Assembly (NCBI GenBank): GCA_022567055.1
Contig: JADFHU010000001.1
Location: 1-35,143, forward strand
Direction of reading: 5' to 3'
Source of the DNA: Planctomycetota bacterium
Lineage (GTDB): Bacteria; Planctomycetota; Phycisphaerae; Sedimentisphaerales; Anaerobacaceae
DNA: 35,143 nucleotides
A model generated the notes under the pieces. That model ran no database searches. It saw only the letters and a list, made by a program, of their open reading frames with translations, and was not told the DNA's origin. Both the position numbers and the translations under genes were made by a program. How positions within the stretch are numbered: position 1 is the stretch's first letter; the number at the start of each line of letters is the position of its first letter. Shown one piece after another: positions 34,374 through 35,143 of the stretch.

Positions 34374-35143
34374 ATGGATAGACGAGACAGTTCACATGGT
34401 TATCTACTCGTAGCCGGTCTGACGGCAACATCGCTCATGTCTGGTTGTGACAAGAGCGCCGACCAATGGAGCAAGGCTCCGGGGACGAAAGGCTTGGTCA
34501 ATTTGGATGCGGTCAAGCAGGCCTTTATCAAGGACCCCAATGTGACGACTTTTGAGGACCGTGTGAACGAGATCTTCGAAGGAGACAGTTTAATCATCTG
34601 CACGTCCAATGCCATCGATGGCGGTTTTCTACTGACGGCGGCCGAGGATTTGGATTCCGATGGTAGGAGTACCGCAAAAGATGAAGTGCTCTTCACTCTC
34701 ACTGTGGCAAAAGGACGCGCCACCTTGCAGGGCCAAGGCGCCAATAGCTACTACAAAGAGTCGTGGCCCTACAACCCGCCCAAGAAGGAGGAATACACCC
34801 GTTCCTCCCCTGGCTATCGCTATAGGCCGCATTTCCATTACTGGTACTGGGGCCGCGGCTGGGGTCGGTACTACACGCCCAGGCCTCGCTACGATTCTAT
34901 GTTTTCACATCGCAACAGTTTTCGGGCAGGCTCCACCTATTCATCCCAAGTCTCTAACAATATGGATTTTGAGAACCGTATGGCCAGCAAATATGGCAGT
35001 GGGTTCCGCAAATCGGTGGTGGCCGTATCACCGATTCGCAGCAGCTATATCAATCGTCACATGAGTGATCCTCACTTCAAAGATTCACTCAAGGCCAACA
35101 AGAAGTCGTCGGCCGCGTCCATACGCTCCAAGTCTTCCAAAAC
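34374..35143 (+). CDS. Putative lipoprotein with an aromatic/Arg-rich segment, 3' end beyond the window (not in the ORF track)
   Basis: AAGGAG, 6 nt, then ATG. MDRRDSSHGYLLVAGLTATSLMSGCDKS has a lipobox-like SGC. The frame stays open for 256 codons to the window end. Contains GYRYRPHFHYWYWGRGWGRYYTPRPRY. Confidence 0.6.
   Translation, partial: MDRRDSSHGYLLVAGLTATSLMSGCDKSADQWSKAPGTKGLVNLDAVKQAFIKDPNVTTFEDRVNEIFEGDSLIICTSNAIDGGFLLTAAEDLDSDGRSTAKDEVLFTLTVAKGRATLQGQGANSYYKESWPYNPPKKEEYTRSSPGYRYRPHFHYWYWGRGWGRYYTPRPRYDSMFSHRNSFRAGSTYSSQVSNNMDFENRMASKYGSGFRKSVVAVSPIRSSYINRHMSDPHFKDSLKANKKSSAASIRSKSSK

Overview
35.1-kb window, roughly 58-62% GC from lines I counted, falling to the low 50s% after about 31.2 kb. 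Motifs point to a Planctomycetota/PVC-type chromosome: prepilin-type FTLVELL / H-X9-DG paralogs, a PEP-CTERM protein, DUF1080, Tat-signal TIM-barrel and PQQ-propeller proteins. All family names come from motifs read by eye, with no database search. Gene content: a minus-strand block at 0.1-11.6 kb holds plsY, three LPS-core genes (GT4, LPS kinase, GT9 heptosyltransferase), an EF-G paralog, tadA, and tRNA-Met, tRNA-Glu and tRNA-Arg. A plus-strand block at 12-18.9 kb holds an ECF sigma fused to a membrane and periplasmic extension, a two-module beta-helix protein, and two pseudopilin-like paralogs. A mixed region follows, with DUF1080, a small RHH-like protein, LysM, moaB, a third pseudopilin, a TIM-barrel isomerase, a PQQ propeller and a DUF3500 operon. 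The window ends with a decayed beta-helix hydrolase pseudogene, about 0.8 kb with no credible gene, and a lower-GC cluster of DUF3326-like, 4x DUF350 and lipoprotein genes that runs off the edge. The most unusual signal is noncoding. A dispersed family of about 165-bp imperfect-palindrome (rod-hairpin) repeats has 8 copies (two diverged subfamilies plus one chimeric variant), all intergenic and several abutting tRNA genes or ribosome-binding sites. Its orientation tracks the strand of flanking genes, and base-pair covariation preserves its stems. Secondary signals are two arrays of a 7-bp unit (RATCNGT, including literal GATTACA repeats), a probable AUU start codon, G1-U72 in all three tRNAs, a 25-bp inverted-repeat element next to the RHH gene, and a gene remnant in frame behind the LysM stop codon. 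No CRISPR array, rRNA, transposase, integrase or recognisable defence gene was seen.
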